Positions 11,880-23,941 of a DNA stretch of 64,000 bases are shown here, piece by piece. Each line of letters opens with the position of its first letter. Position 1 is the first letter of the stretch. The stretch is taken from positions 192,820,001 through 192,884,000 of the forward strand of contig OZ024742.1 of the NCBI GenBank assembly GCA_964016885.1. Reading direction: 5' to 3'. A program made the position numbers and the translations under genes. Below the pieces are notes generated by a model, which was not told the DNA's origin, did not search any database, and saw only the letters and a program-made list of their open reading frames with translations. The DNA comes from Eledone cirrhosa (taxonomy: Eukaryota).

Positions 11880-12456
11880 GTACGTACTGGATGTTTAGAC
11901 AATTTCGATTGCTTACGTAAGTTTTATTTTATTATAAATATATATTGGTATAAGGAAAGTTTTTAAAAGTTGGATTAATTATATTGAATAATTTTGTTAT
12001 GTTTTTCCAGGCTGCACGTTGATGGAGCTAAAACATATGTCTGTAGTTCTTTGCGCAGCTATCTGTATTTCAGGTTCGAATCAACTGTGTGGTACTTTGG
12101 GAAAATGCCATTTTACTATATCATCGTGTAAGTCAAATCCTAAAGAATAAAATTTGATAGATAGAAATTGTGTGGTAGTCATAATCCATTAGCCGATTTA
12201 ACGTTACTAACTGGACACTAGGTGACAGCAAAGTTACAAGTTTCTTGGCAACGTCTTGAGTTTGATTCGAACCGTTTTGTCCCTCTCACCAATCCCGTCA
12301 TTTCCGAAAGAATTATGGGTTCTGCCTCCACTGTTCCTTTTGTGGATTCTTCCTCAGGTTTCCATTTATAAAGAAAATGGCTTGAGTGGATTACCGTTTT
12401 TATAGTGATTACTTAATTACTTAATTACTTAATTACAAATTGTGCCAATTTAATTG

Positions 12457-15300
12457 AGGGTCATTCTATGCCAAATCACCCATAGGGTCCAGGTCACGCC
12501 CTCAGATTCCCCTGAAAAAAATCATACTAGCTCTTGTAGCTATATGATGGAAAAATATTAAGTATTAGGTCAATATATTTGATAGTTTTGAAATTGTAGG
12601 CCTTTATAATATTAATTAATTTTACATTTTTTTTTCCGATCGAGTCTCTCGGATCAACTTGAGACAGCCATTTCTCCTCTAATATAGCAAGCACAAGTTT
12701 GAAATCATGTGTTTGGGGCTAACCTTTTCTGTAGAATTCAATTATCTTTTAAAATCTAGCAAATGTATGCCTCTTTTAGGCATTTTAATCTCAATAGGTA
12801 CACTAGATAAAGCAACCACAATTGATTCCCTGTTACTTAACATATAGTAGACTATTTCTGAGCAGTAACCATGTTAGTTACTATTATGGTATTGTCAGAA
12901 TAATTTTTTGAAATATGTGCCATTTCAAAGTTTGATGCACTTAGTTGACCATGTGGACACTTCACTATCATTTCAAATTTTTACCATGCATTTTTCTACT
13001 TTTGAAGAGGATGTGGCAGAAATTTGGTTTTGTTACTGAGCTTCTTTTCAGAGTTGTGAACTTTTAGAAATTCAGTTGTCAGTGCTTTGCACAGAATCAA
13101 CTTATGTTTTATATCCAGAAGCCTGGATATAAAACAGCAATTTATCCATCACTGATTTATTCAATATAGTATAAATAAACATCTTTTAAATTAATGGGTA
13201 TTTATTAATTAATCGAATGGCGAACTACTACATGTATATCCATAACCACATTTTACATGATGATGTACTGAGCCACACATAAGACACGAATGTTAAACAG
13301 CTAGAATTCACAAACATTCAACATATATTTATTTTAATCAGAGATAGAATACTATATCGCCCTTCATTGAATTATTCAATACAGTACCTATTGATTCATT
13401 GATGACAAACAAGGCATAACCATGAGCACTTTTTACATACAGCTACAGACAAGTAACTAATACACTTTATACAGAGTCACACTGGAATTAGTACATAGTA
13501 CCAAAGTGACAAGACAGCATGCCTCAAAATGATTTAAATACAACAAAAGTAAATATTAATTACTTTCAGCGCCCAACTCAATAACTTGTATTAAATAATT
13601 ATAAAACATATTTAGGTCAAAGACAAATGTGAATCATATTAATTCTGCACAAATCGTGGAAATAGAGTGAGAATTTTGTTCAGGTCACTTGATCTAATTG
13701 TGTGGGTGCGGGTAGTTCTACTTTGAACGATGGGTGCACTGATTATACACATGGCATGTTGTAAAGGAACCCAACATTCATCCTTGCGGGATGCTGCTGA
13801 CCAAGAAAGTACATTGTTTTTCGATCCTTTCATAAAGGAACAAGAACTTCAGAATGGTCAAATGAGCGTTCAATAATGTTTGCCACATACCAGTTGGAAT
13901 CGTATACGCAGGCTACATACTTGCCTGGTTGATAGTCATCCCAATTTACACTAGCCTGGTCCTCCATATCAACCCCTACATACACAACAGTGTACATATA
14001 ATCTAGGGATACTCTTCTCATCTGAAGCTTATTTCCTGGACATGGAATGAAACTAGACATGGAATGTAATTGTGATGCGACCTAACTCCAGCTATTGTTT
14101 TGCAAGCACCAAACCGTTCAGTCAATTTGAATTTGACAGCATTTTCTTGTTCTTGATTTTTTGAAACAAAGAAAAATTCAATCCCATGAACTTTATCTCA
14201 GGTAAATATCAGGTTAATTTGGTCATTAACAGTAGCCTGAAGGCTTGCTTTGGCTACTAGCCTCTTAACAATGCCCCCCCCCCCACACACACACCATCAC
14301 ACGGACTCTTTCGTGGCTAGTAGCAAAGAAATGCCATGCAGCAGATAGACCATGATCATCATAATGGCTGCAGAGGTTAGCAAAAGTTTTGAAATTTTTA
14401 TATTGGTTTGCAGCCCCATCACTGAAGAATATAACTTTGGTCAGATCCTCAAATTTGATTTTCTAGCAGTCAGTACTAGAGTAGCAAAAGTCTGAACTGC
14501 CACAGTGTCATTGTTAAGGCAATCTGATATGACACATATGTTTACACAATTGAGAACAGAGGTTGAGGAGTCTTTGACATAAAATACAAAGGGATGCACT
14601 GTAGCTTGGGAATTATCCCAACAATGCCCTACACAGTATCCTGTATGATAAGGCTATCATTTTCTCCAAAATCAAGTAATATGATGGCTTCATTATACCG
14701 AAGCTTTTCTTTAAATACATTTAAAGCCGCAGATTGCGCTTTTGCAAAAAAGTGCTGATGTGTAAGCTTACAGAATGATTCACAATAAAATCTGCTGCAG
14801 TAGCTTCAAATGATACAATCGTTGTTCTATCATTGTGCACCCATTGTTTATATGTAATCATATCACATTCATGAAACTATTGACTATCTAACTGACTATT
14901 GAGGTACTCTTTTAAAGCCTCTTTCCCGGGACACCGTTCACAGGCATACAACATGCTGTTTTATACTCATGTTTTAATAAGTTGATCCTGTACAAAGCTC
15001 TGACAACTGAATTTCTAAAAATTTACAACTCTGAAAAGAAGCTCAGCAACAAAACCAAATTTCTGTCACATCATCTTCAGAAGTATAGAAATGTATGGTA
15101 AACATTTGAAATGATAGTGAACTTCCCACAAAGGGAACTAAGGACATCAGTATGGGCATTTTTTGAGAAATTTTGAAATCGCACATATTTCAAAAATTTC
15201 TGACAATCCCATAATAGTAACTAACATTGTTACTGCTCAGAAATGGTCTACTATATATTAAGTAACAGGAAAACAATTGTGGTTGCTTTATCTAGTGTAG
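12457..15300 (-). mobile_element. Decayed long-TIR DNA transposon, probably Sola2-type
   Basis: Left end GAGGGTCATT; ~12798-13090 is inverted at ~15000-15300; minus-strand transposase remnants FFSDGAANQYKNF and WHFFATSH..KSPCDG with frameshifts. Confidence 0.7.
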
Positions 15301-15713
15301 CTACAATTTTCAGAGGCCTGTAGATAGAACATCCTACGCCTATTTACCAGAAACTATCTAATACGGATTTGTCAAGTCAAAGGGTTATAGTAACTTTTCA
15401 AGTGGACAGATTGTTGTGAGAAATTGCAGTAAACTAAATTGCAGTAGACTAAAATTTCTAATATGAAGCAATCATAGTGCAGGTGTCATGTAGTGCTAGT
15501 ATCACGTGGTACAGATTGTTATGAGATAAAACTAATTAACAGAAGTGTCATTTGTAAATCAGAGGTGACTAGATGGAATGTTGCTTTTGAAAAGTAGGTT
15601 TGTTTTCTAGCCAGACAAAGAATGTCCAGGCCAATTATTATTACTATATTGGTTATCTTAATTCAATAAAAGGAAAAAAATTGTATTAATAACTTGTTTC
15701 CTTCAAGCATTTC

Positions 15714-15775
<62 letters not shown>
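15714..15775. repeat. (CTAT)n tetranucleotide microsatellite
   Basis: Direct observation. Confidence 0.95.
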
Positions 15776-15776
<1 letters not shown>

Positions 15777-16055
15777 GCCAACACTCCTCAAACGGAGGGC
15801 TGGGGATGCCGTGGCTGACGATGCGCAAACACGCGCTCAGGCTGCTGCACCTCCACGTATTCCTCACCAGACAACCGGTGTGGGCCCCGTTCGTGAGGCG
15901 AGCCTTGCCACGACTCGTCTCGCTGACCGAGCTGCAGTCCTGGGTCAAGCAAAAACCGAGGAAAATGGGCGATGGCACATCGAATGTGCTCAGGCGCTCA
16001 CAGTCCTCTGGCAAACGGACCCGGCGATCAGTGGAGACTCCACTTCGATATTCTA
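15776..16055 (+). mobile_element. Fragment of Tx1/L1-like LINE ORF2 (post-RT region)
   Basis: GC-rich island translating ..NGGLGMPWLTMRKHALRL..PVWAPFV, matching the GGLGxP motif downstream of L1/Tx1 RT. Confidence 0.5.
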
Positions 16056-16718
16056 AACTTTCTAACTTTTAATTATTAAAATTACTAAAAATTTCTAACT
16101 TTTAATTACTAATTGTTAATTTTTTAATTGTTTAATTTATAATTTCTGATACTTGATTTAGGACTTTAATTTTTATTTCCAACTCTCACTCTTAACTTAC
16201 AATGTAAAATCATGATACTTAGATTTAAGTTTATTTTCCCTTTGAGTTGATGGTCAGTCGTACTGTCCACGCTAGGTGAGAGCTAGTGTTAATACCTGTA
16301 AAAACTAACACTCTCCCACCCCCTCCGGCTTTCGACTGACTACCACAGTCGAGATGGGTAGCAGTAAACTATGGTACGGGTCATTGTGTCACTGAGAGGG
16401 TGAACTGACTAAGCGAATTTCGTTGAAATCTGCGGTAGCTAATGGTCAACTTCCTTCGGACATGCGCACGCGCAGACCGGTGGGGGTGAATTGGTACTCA
16501 CAGGGGAACGGGTGATAAACCCAAAAGCACGCATTTCATCCGTTCCCATGTCGATTCAATTTGGATTGCCTCGGAAACATAACCTTATTATGTAACACGG
16601 TGTCTGATGATGTCACGACACTCGCACACGGAACAGTGTGGCCAGTGTCGCCATTGAAATATATATCACAGCATTATTATTAAAGGACTTGAACATCTGA
16701 AACTACTTCGCTTTTCCT

Positions 16719-16998
<280 letters not shown>

Positions 16999-17023
16999 AA
17001 TATATATATATATATATATATAT

Positions 17024-17440
17024 AGGGTCTATGAAAATAAATCATCCGATTTCAAAAGATCCGTGCCTTTTTTGCGGAAGAGAGTGTTACAGTAATCCCA
17101 TATCTCGAAATATCACAGAAATGGCTTCTTCCGGAGTTACAGGCAGATTGTGATGTTTTCATTTTGCAACAAGGCAGAGCTCCACCAAACTGGTACATCG
17201 ATGTAGGACCATTTCTTAACACAGTGCTTCCTCACCAATGAATCGGCTGTAAATTTCTGTGATTCTTCCTTATGGGGACTTGTGAAATGCTCCACTTCCA
17301 AGAATTGTTGACAAACCGAGAAACCACCTAACAAGAGCAGTGTCTACAGTTTCACGAAATATACTCACTCTAGTAAGGGACGAGTTCGGCTAATGTGTAC
17401 ATGTAGGCATATTGAACATTTGTCAAAATTGTATTGTACA
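17024..17440 (+). mobile_element. Tc1/mariner-type remnant
   Basis: TIR-like agggtctatgaaaataaatcatccgatttcaaaag after TA; degenerate CDxxLWGLVK motif near 17258-17287. Confidence 0.5.
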
Positions 17441-17492
17441 AGGTACCGAATGATTATATGTTAATTATCTGCTCCACCCAATTCTATCTTCC

Positions 17493-17712
17493 GCGGTGGA
17501 TTGGTAGTATCGGTAGAGGGTCGGACGCCATGCTTTGCAGCATAGAGTTACGGCCCTTTATAATCTGAGTTCAAATCCCACCGAGGTTAACTTTGCTTTT
17601 CATCCTTACGGGATCGATAAAATAAAGTACCAGTCACGCACTGGGGGGGTCTATTTAATCAACTTCCACCTCCCCCAAAATTGCCGGCCTTGTGCTTATA
17701 TAAGAAACCATT
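17493..17712 (+). mobile_element. tRNA-derived SINE (dominant family), followed by ~100 nt shared with 59086-59188
   Basis: A-box-like head, B-box gagttcaaatccc, central gctttcatccttacgggatcgataaaataaagtaccag. Confidence 0.9.
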
Positions 17713-17897
17713 AATGATAATGGAAACCTTTCTCTCATTCCGGATAACATTTCAATTGATAAAACAATTAGTTTCGGCTCATATCAGTAAGTATGTTAAT
17801 CCACACTTAACTACGCACTGGGGTCGATTTAATCGACTGTTCCCTTTTAACTGAAATTGTTGGCCTTGTGCCTATATAGGAAATCATTATTTATATA

Positions 17898-17995
17898 CAG
17901 GGTCTATTAAAAGGAATCATAAGATTTCAAACGGGTATATATTTTAAACAAAATATAGCCTTTTGAAATCGGATGATTTATTTTAATATACCCTG
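17898..17995. mobile_element. ~100-bp mariner-type MITE
   Basis: Imperfect TIRs cagggtctattaaaa.../...ttttaatataccctg, related to the 17024 TIR. Confidence 0.6.
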
Positions 17996-18341
17996 TGTAT
18001 ATAATACACACTGGAAGATAGAACTGGGTGAAGCTTGAGTAGTGAGAAATAAAATCCAGTTCTATTTTTACACACACACATACACATACACATACACATG
18101 CATATATATATTGATCAGTTATTTTTATAAATGAAATCCTATGCTTGTAAACCTTATGTTTATTATGTTAAATCTCTTTTAAAATATCTATCTAAAATAT
18201 CCATTTACTTAAAATGTGTCATATATATTCTAAATACAATATATTGATATTTTATCTTCGGAAGAAGCATTAAGATTTATATGGCTTTCAATTGCGGTTG
18301 ATTTGATTAATAACATCCAGTTTTTTGTTTATTGATTTTAG

Positions 18342-18998
18342 ATAATAATGCAACTACCACTCTTAATCCAACACTTACTCCGTTCTTCTCATCAACAATC
18401 AGTAGTTCTATACAGCCTAATACTACTAAGATTACTGGACAAACTGGTGTAACACATCGCTCTGTACAATCTGGTTCCACAACGAATTCACAGCTAACAA
18501 CAACTGCAGCAACATCAACGACAAAGAGCAGTAAGAAAACTACGAATTATATCTCTTCTACTCGCAGAGTAAGTCAAGCCGGATCGTATAATACGAGGTC
18601 GTCATCCATCCTTACTTCAACAACATCATTATCGAAAATATCAAAATATATTCCGACACCAGCTTCGAAGAATATCAACAATGTAACAACTTTGCCAACA
18701 TCATCATCATCATCATCAATAGTAACATTATCCACCCAATTTACATCACCTAAAACATCGATATTCACTAATATACAATCAACTACTGGAATGGGAAAGA
18801 CATCGTTAATAACTACGAAATTTGGAAAATCTTCTCATACTGCCACATCAAACACCCAAGCAACTACTACTAAATTACAGTTGAATAGTAATGCTACAAC
18901 ATCAGTAACTAATACCACAATACAATCAACTACGCCACCTATGACAACTAAACAATTAAGCGTAAAACTCTGTCAAACAAAAGGATGTGTCATTGCAG
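18342..18998 (+). CDS. M13 peptidase exon: Ser/Thr-rich mucin-like stalk ending in [10 protein letters not shown]
   Basis: ttttag acceptor at 18341; 657-nt open frame; G|gtaag donor; CxxxxCV is the first conserved M13 Cys pair; phase 1-1. Confidence 0.88.
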
Positions 18999-19360
18999 GT
19001 AAGATACTCGAAGTAGCTGATTAAACTAAGTTCAAATTCAATAAAGTTAACTTAATTATAATGCATCATGCTTACGCATATTCCAGTATGTAACTAAATC
19101 TCCTTAAGTATCTTATACATCAAACTTCCTGCCACTCCAAAGACCCAAGCACTTCTTTGAAATAATATAACAAAGCGTATGAGAACAATCAATATATATA
19201 TATACATATATGTGTGGATGTAGTTGACGGCTGGGAGAACAGATTGCTCCATACCGAAATAGTGGCTTAATATTCAATAATGAGTCTTGTTATTCTGGAG
19301 TTTCGCCAGTTTATCACAGGTTCTAATGATCCTGTGGTAACAGGCGAAACTCCAGAGAAA

Positions 19361-19480
19361 TAATTGTTTCTACTTTGGCACAAGACCAGCAATTACCGAA
19401 AGCATTACTGGTACTTTATTCTATCGACCCCGGAAGGATGAAAGGCAAAGTTAACCTCGGCGGGATTTGAAATCAGATCA
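19361..19480 (-). mobile_element. SINE, 5'-truncated
   Basis: Reverse complement of the SINE core and tail. Confidence 0.85.
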
Positions 19481-19599
19481 TACAGAGAAATAATACTCAT
19501 TATTCAGCCATTATATTACGGGATCGATAAAATAAAGTAGCAGTAATACACTGGGTAATTTGGTGGCCTTGTGCCAAGCGTAGAAGCAATTATTTAGCC

Positions 19600-19662
<63 letters not shown>

Positions 19663-19947
19663 ATATATATATAGTCTTTTTAAGACTATATAGAGCATTT
19701 GTATTTTTTTTCCATATTGAAGGATAAGTATTTAACCTTAATTTTATTCTGAGTTAAGACTCTATTGGTTTTTTCCCTGGATTTCACAAAATCTGTGGAT
19801 AAAATTTCTGTCTTGACTTATTTTTTGAATTGAGATTGAATTATTTTCCCATATCTTACGTTAAATATTTTCCATCTTGACGTTATAGTCACTTATATAT
19901 TATGAAATACTGTTGGCTTCTTGCTCACATTAATTTCTCTATTTTCA

Positions 19948-20095
19948 GATCGTAAAGCATAGTTACCGTCCCTTTACGATCTGAGTTCAAATCCCGCCGA
20001 GGTTGACTTTGCCTTTCATCTTTACGGGGTCGATAAAATAAAGTACCAGTAATGCAGTGGGTAATTGCTGGCCTTGTGCCTAACGTAGAAACAAT
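19948..20095 (+). mobile_element. SINE, 5'-truncated
   Basis: B-box, core and tail of the dominant SINE. Confidence 0.88.
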
Positions 20096-20111
20096 TAATT
20101 TCTCTATTTTC

Positions 20112-20163
<52 letters not shown>

Positions 20164-20230
20164 GAAAATAGAGAAATGAATTGTTTCTACGCTAGAAAAT
20201 AGAGAAATTAATTGTTTCTACGTTAGAAAA

Positions 20231-20263
<33 letters not shown>

Positions 20264-20355
20264 GTGAAAACTGGGACGGGACGAAAACAGAGAGGCAGTA
20301 CAAACAAAGGTTTATTAGGTTCACGCTCTTGAGAGTGGGGGGTGTGGTGGGGAAC

Positions 20356-20391
20356 GACGTTTCGGGCATATGCCCTTCTTCAGGAGAGAAG
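20356..20391 (-). ncRNA. Minimal hammerhead core (stem I disrupted) in a (TA)n-flanked ~520-nt insert
   Basis: CTGAAGA-a-gggc(atat)gccc-GAAAC-GTC; only 1 bp of stem I retained. Confidence 0.55.
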
Positions 20392-20779
20392 TGGGTGGAA
20401 AGAGAGTTCCGAGGGTGTGTGGGGGAGTGGTGGTGAGACATTTAGAAAAAAAGGGGGGAAGAGAAAAGGGAAGAAAAACGGTGGAAGGGTGAAAATCGGG
20501 TATAGTAACCCAGGAAACGGTAAAACTAGATAGGCACCTTGGAACGCACACTTTAAAATTTTCCGAAACTCTATATTAATCAACCGCTTTCTTTACAATT
20601 CTATTCAGAGGCTTAAAATGTTCTTAAAGATGGAATTGTACACCCGCATTTCTTTATCGTATTAGATAAAGCACTCGCCTGGTATCCATCGCAAGCTTTT
20701 CCATCTAATTTTTTCCGTCTTCAGGTATATTCTACCGGATGTTTTCAAGCATTCATCCAGTCTTCACATACATCCACAC

Positions 20780-20853
<74 letters not shown>

Positions 20854-22190
20854 GGGTAGGGTCATATTTGTGTAATAATATTGCCAGAATTAATAACAGA
20901 ACACACTCACTGTTCGGTTGGGTTTCGCTTCTGTGTCTTTTATATCGGTTAATTTAATTTATTCGGTCCTCAATGTTACCATTGACTGACCAACGGTCAA
21001 ACATACAGATACAATATAGACACAAACACATATATATAGTCTAACAAAGTTCTTTCGTTGCACATCTGCAACATCGTCAGTGGTGCTATTAATGTTTCCT
21101 CCCGTTGCATTGTATGCCTACGCCATCTTTATTTAGTCTGTTTATTTATTTATTTATTTGTTTATTTATTTTTTTGTCTTCTCTGCGCATGCGTTTGCGC
21201 GTGTGTATAGTGTTTTGTTTGATGTGTGTTCGTGTGTGGGTGACTGTGTATTGGTTATTGTATTCTATCTTAGTTTACAAGTGTGTGTTTATATGTGTTT
21301 GTTGTTATTGTGCTTGTGTATTTATTTATTTATTTATTTATTTATACTTCTCTTAGGTCATAGTTGTTTGTTTGTGTGTTGTTGTTATTCCATTCATTTT
21401 TTCTGTTTAGCCTTGGCCTTCTAAGTTCTATTTCGCCGGCCTCTCTGATTTGCCTATCTGCTGTGTCATTTCTATGTTTAGATATTATTCTAATTTCTAT
21501 GTTGTCTATGTTACTGTCGTGTTGTTGTCTGGCATGTTCGTATAGTACTGAAATAGAACTTAGAAGGCCAAGGCTAAACAGAAAAAATGAATGAAATAAC
21601 AACAACACCCAAACAAACAATACTGACCTAAGACAAGTATAAATAAATACATACACAAGCACAATAACAACACACACATATAAAATCACACTAGTAAACT
21701 AAGATAGAATAAAATAACCAATACACAGTCACCCAAACACGAACACACATCAAACAAAACACTATACACACACGCAAACGCATGCGCAGAGAAGACAATA
21801 AATATATAAATAAATAAATAAACAAATACAAAAATAAATAAACAGACTAAATAAAGATGGCGTAGGAAACATAACAGCACCACGGGAGGAAACATAATAG
21901 CACCACTGACGATGTTGCAGATGTGCAACGAAAGAACTTTGTTAGACTATATATATGTGTTTGTGTCTATATTGTATCTGTATATTTTACCTTTGGTCAG
22001 TCAATGGTAACATTGAGGACCGAATAAATTAAATTAACCGATATAAAAGACACAGAAGCGAAAACCAACCAAACAGTGAGTGTGTTCTGTTATTAATTCT
22101 GGCAATATTATTACACATATATGACCCTCCCCAGGTATAACAATATTTGTTTCGACACACGATTTCATATAAAAAACCTCTCAAAACTTA
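20854..22190. mobile_element. Fold-back pair of 3' ends of a second Neptune-like PLE family
   Basis: 20854-21433 is inverted at 21550-22133; encodes the GIY-YIG C-terminus (LYEHARQQH...RQIREA..RPRLNRKNEW), homologous to the 1498 ORF; (TA)n on both sides. Confidence 0.88.
21902..21944 (+). ncRNA. Minimal hammerhead motif (mirror copy on - strand at ~21042-21085)
   Basis: CTGACGA-t-gttgc(agatgt)gcaac-GAAA-gaac-TT; stem II co-varies with the 4036 motif; stem I imperfect. Confidence 0.6.
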
Positions 22191-22442
22191 TATATATATA
22201 TATATATAACTTTTCTAGTTCAATAAATTATTACGTATTAACTACATTTGAGGGTTTAGCTTTAAATCTATCTTGATTGATTTTAAGTATTCTCTGGAAC
22301 TAATGATTTGAATAGGTTTTAAAAGCCTTTGGTATTTCACAAGTGTCAGTAATTTAGATAGGATAATCACTCTAACCTTTTGATCCCTTGTTCTCAAATC
22401 CCTATATTAAATACATAATAATTAGTGAATGAGTTTCAACTA

Positions 22443-22760
22443 TGGCTGAGTGGTTAAGGGGGTCGATTTGCAATCATGAGATTCCGAGTTCGATCTTACT
22501 GTTTGTCATTTTATCTGCTCCTCACGTCAAATCCAGTGACTGAAATTTGGTAGTTAGAAACTGTGTTGAAGGCCCTTAGCTGAACACATTCTGTAATTAA
22601 AAGATCAAAACTCGTCACATTTTATGTCCTACTGATTGTAACTAAGACATGTAAATAGCACACGTGTCTCTATAATAATCAACCGCTTATACGTTAATTC
22701 ACGGGTTGGGCGTTTACTTGATTGAAAATCGGAATGGTCGTCGACGAAACCGACGGACGA
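22443..22760 (+). mobile_element. Old tRNA-derived SINE (second family)
   Basis: tggctgagtggttaag A-box and gagttcgatc B-box; degenerate body. Confidence 0.5.
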
Positions 22761-23736
22761 ATCACCATAATATAGAGAAATAATATTTTATAGCTATCGA
22801 ATGGAGCCCAGTGAGATTCGATGAGTATTTTTTTATTTGTTCGATCATAGTAACAGCTTGCTCAGGAAGATAAAATAGAAGAGGCTGATCATTCCAAAGA
22901 TTGGTCCGTTGAAACACAGGGACATTCCATTCAACGTGCCTCCAGCCTGTTTCTCTCCATTAGCCTTCACTCAAGGCTATAATAAATGGTATATGTCCCA
23001 GATACCCGTAGCGAGCTTGAACCGAATCCCTATTGATTGTGAACCGAGCTCATTAACCATTAAACACAGCAGTTACACTATAAATGTGAGAGAAATGCGT
23101 AAATTAATTATTTAAAACGTAACCGAAAACCATTGTAAATATTCACTGAATTAAGTTTTTCAGTCAATCTTTGCTTAACGCGAAATAAAAAAAAAGTTCA
23201 ATGGAATAAGATAGAATAAATATGATGGACCTACAGAAAATAAACCTGATTGAGGAGCGCAACTAAATAATGAGCTTTCATGAAAATGTATAAACTTTGT
23301 TGTATGTTTGCTGCCAATACTGCATAGCTTTTATTTTACTATAGTATTTGGAATTGGAATGGACTTTCTTCGGGTTCGAAGATGAGTGTACCATTGGCTG
23401 GATAAAGCAAATGGCCTACTCGAGAAATTAACGTGCAGGTAGCTGAGTATTATTCAGACAAAATGTGGCAAGGCTGGCTCCGTTTAATTACAGATACATT
23501 CTCTGTGATGGGCTTCCAAAGAGTTTCTGTCTATTCAATATTTTTATTAACAAACCAGAGGTAAAGCCGAGGCTATGGTAAATGACACAAGATACAACAC
23601 AGTGGCAACAAACCCGAGACCTATTGATTGTGAAGCAAACTGCTTATCTACTCGGCAATGCTGTGTCCACATTGTTTTCCACATAAATAACTAGGTGTCA
23701 AGTTAATATTGAATGTGTTGTTATTGATGAAACTAT

Positions 23737-23925
23737 GCGGTGGATTGGCAGTATCAGTAGAGGGTCGGACGCCATGCTTTGACGCATAGAGTTACGGCCC
23801 TTGCCATTCTGAGTTCAAATCCCACCGAGGTTATCTTTGCCTTTCATCCTTATGGGGTCGATAAAATAAAGTACCAGTAATACACTGAGTAATTGCTGGC
23901 CTTGTGCCAAAAGTAGAAACAATTA
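23737..23925 (+). mobile_element. SINE, full-length
   Basis: Complete head, core and tail, ending at (TTA)n. Confidence 0.9.
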
Positions 23926-23941
23926 TTATTATTATTATTAT

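Noticed and set aside
22443-22500. tRNA gene (also 43457 and the SINE heads)
   Set aside because: A/B boxes present but no cloverleaf; these are SINE heads
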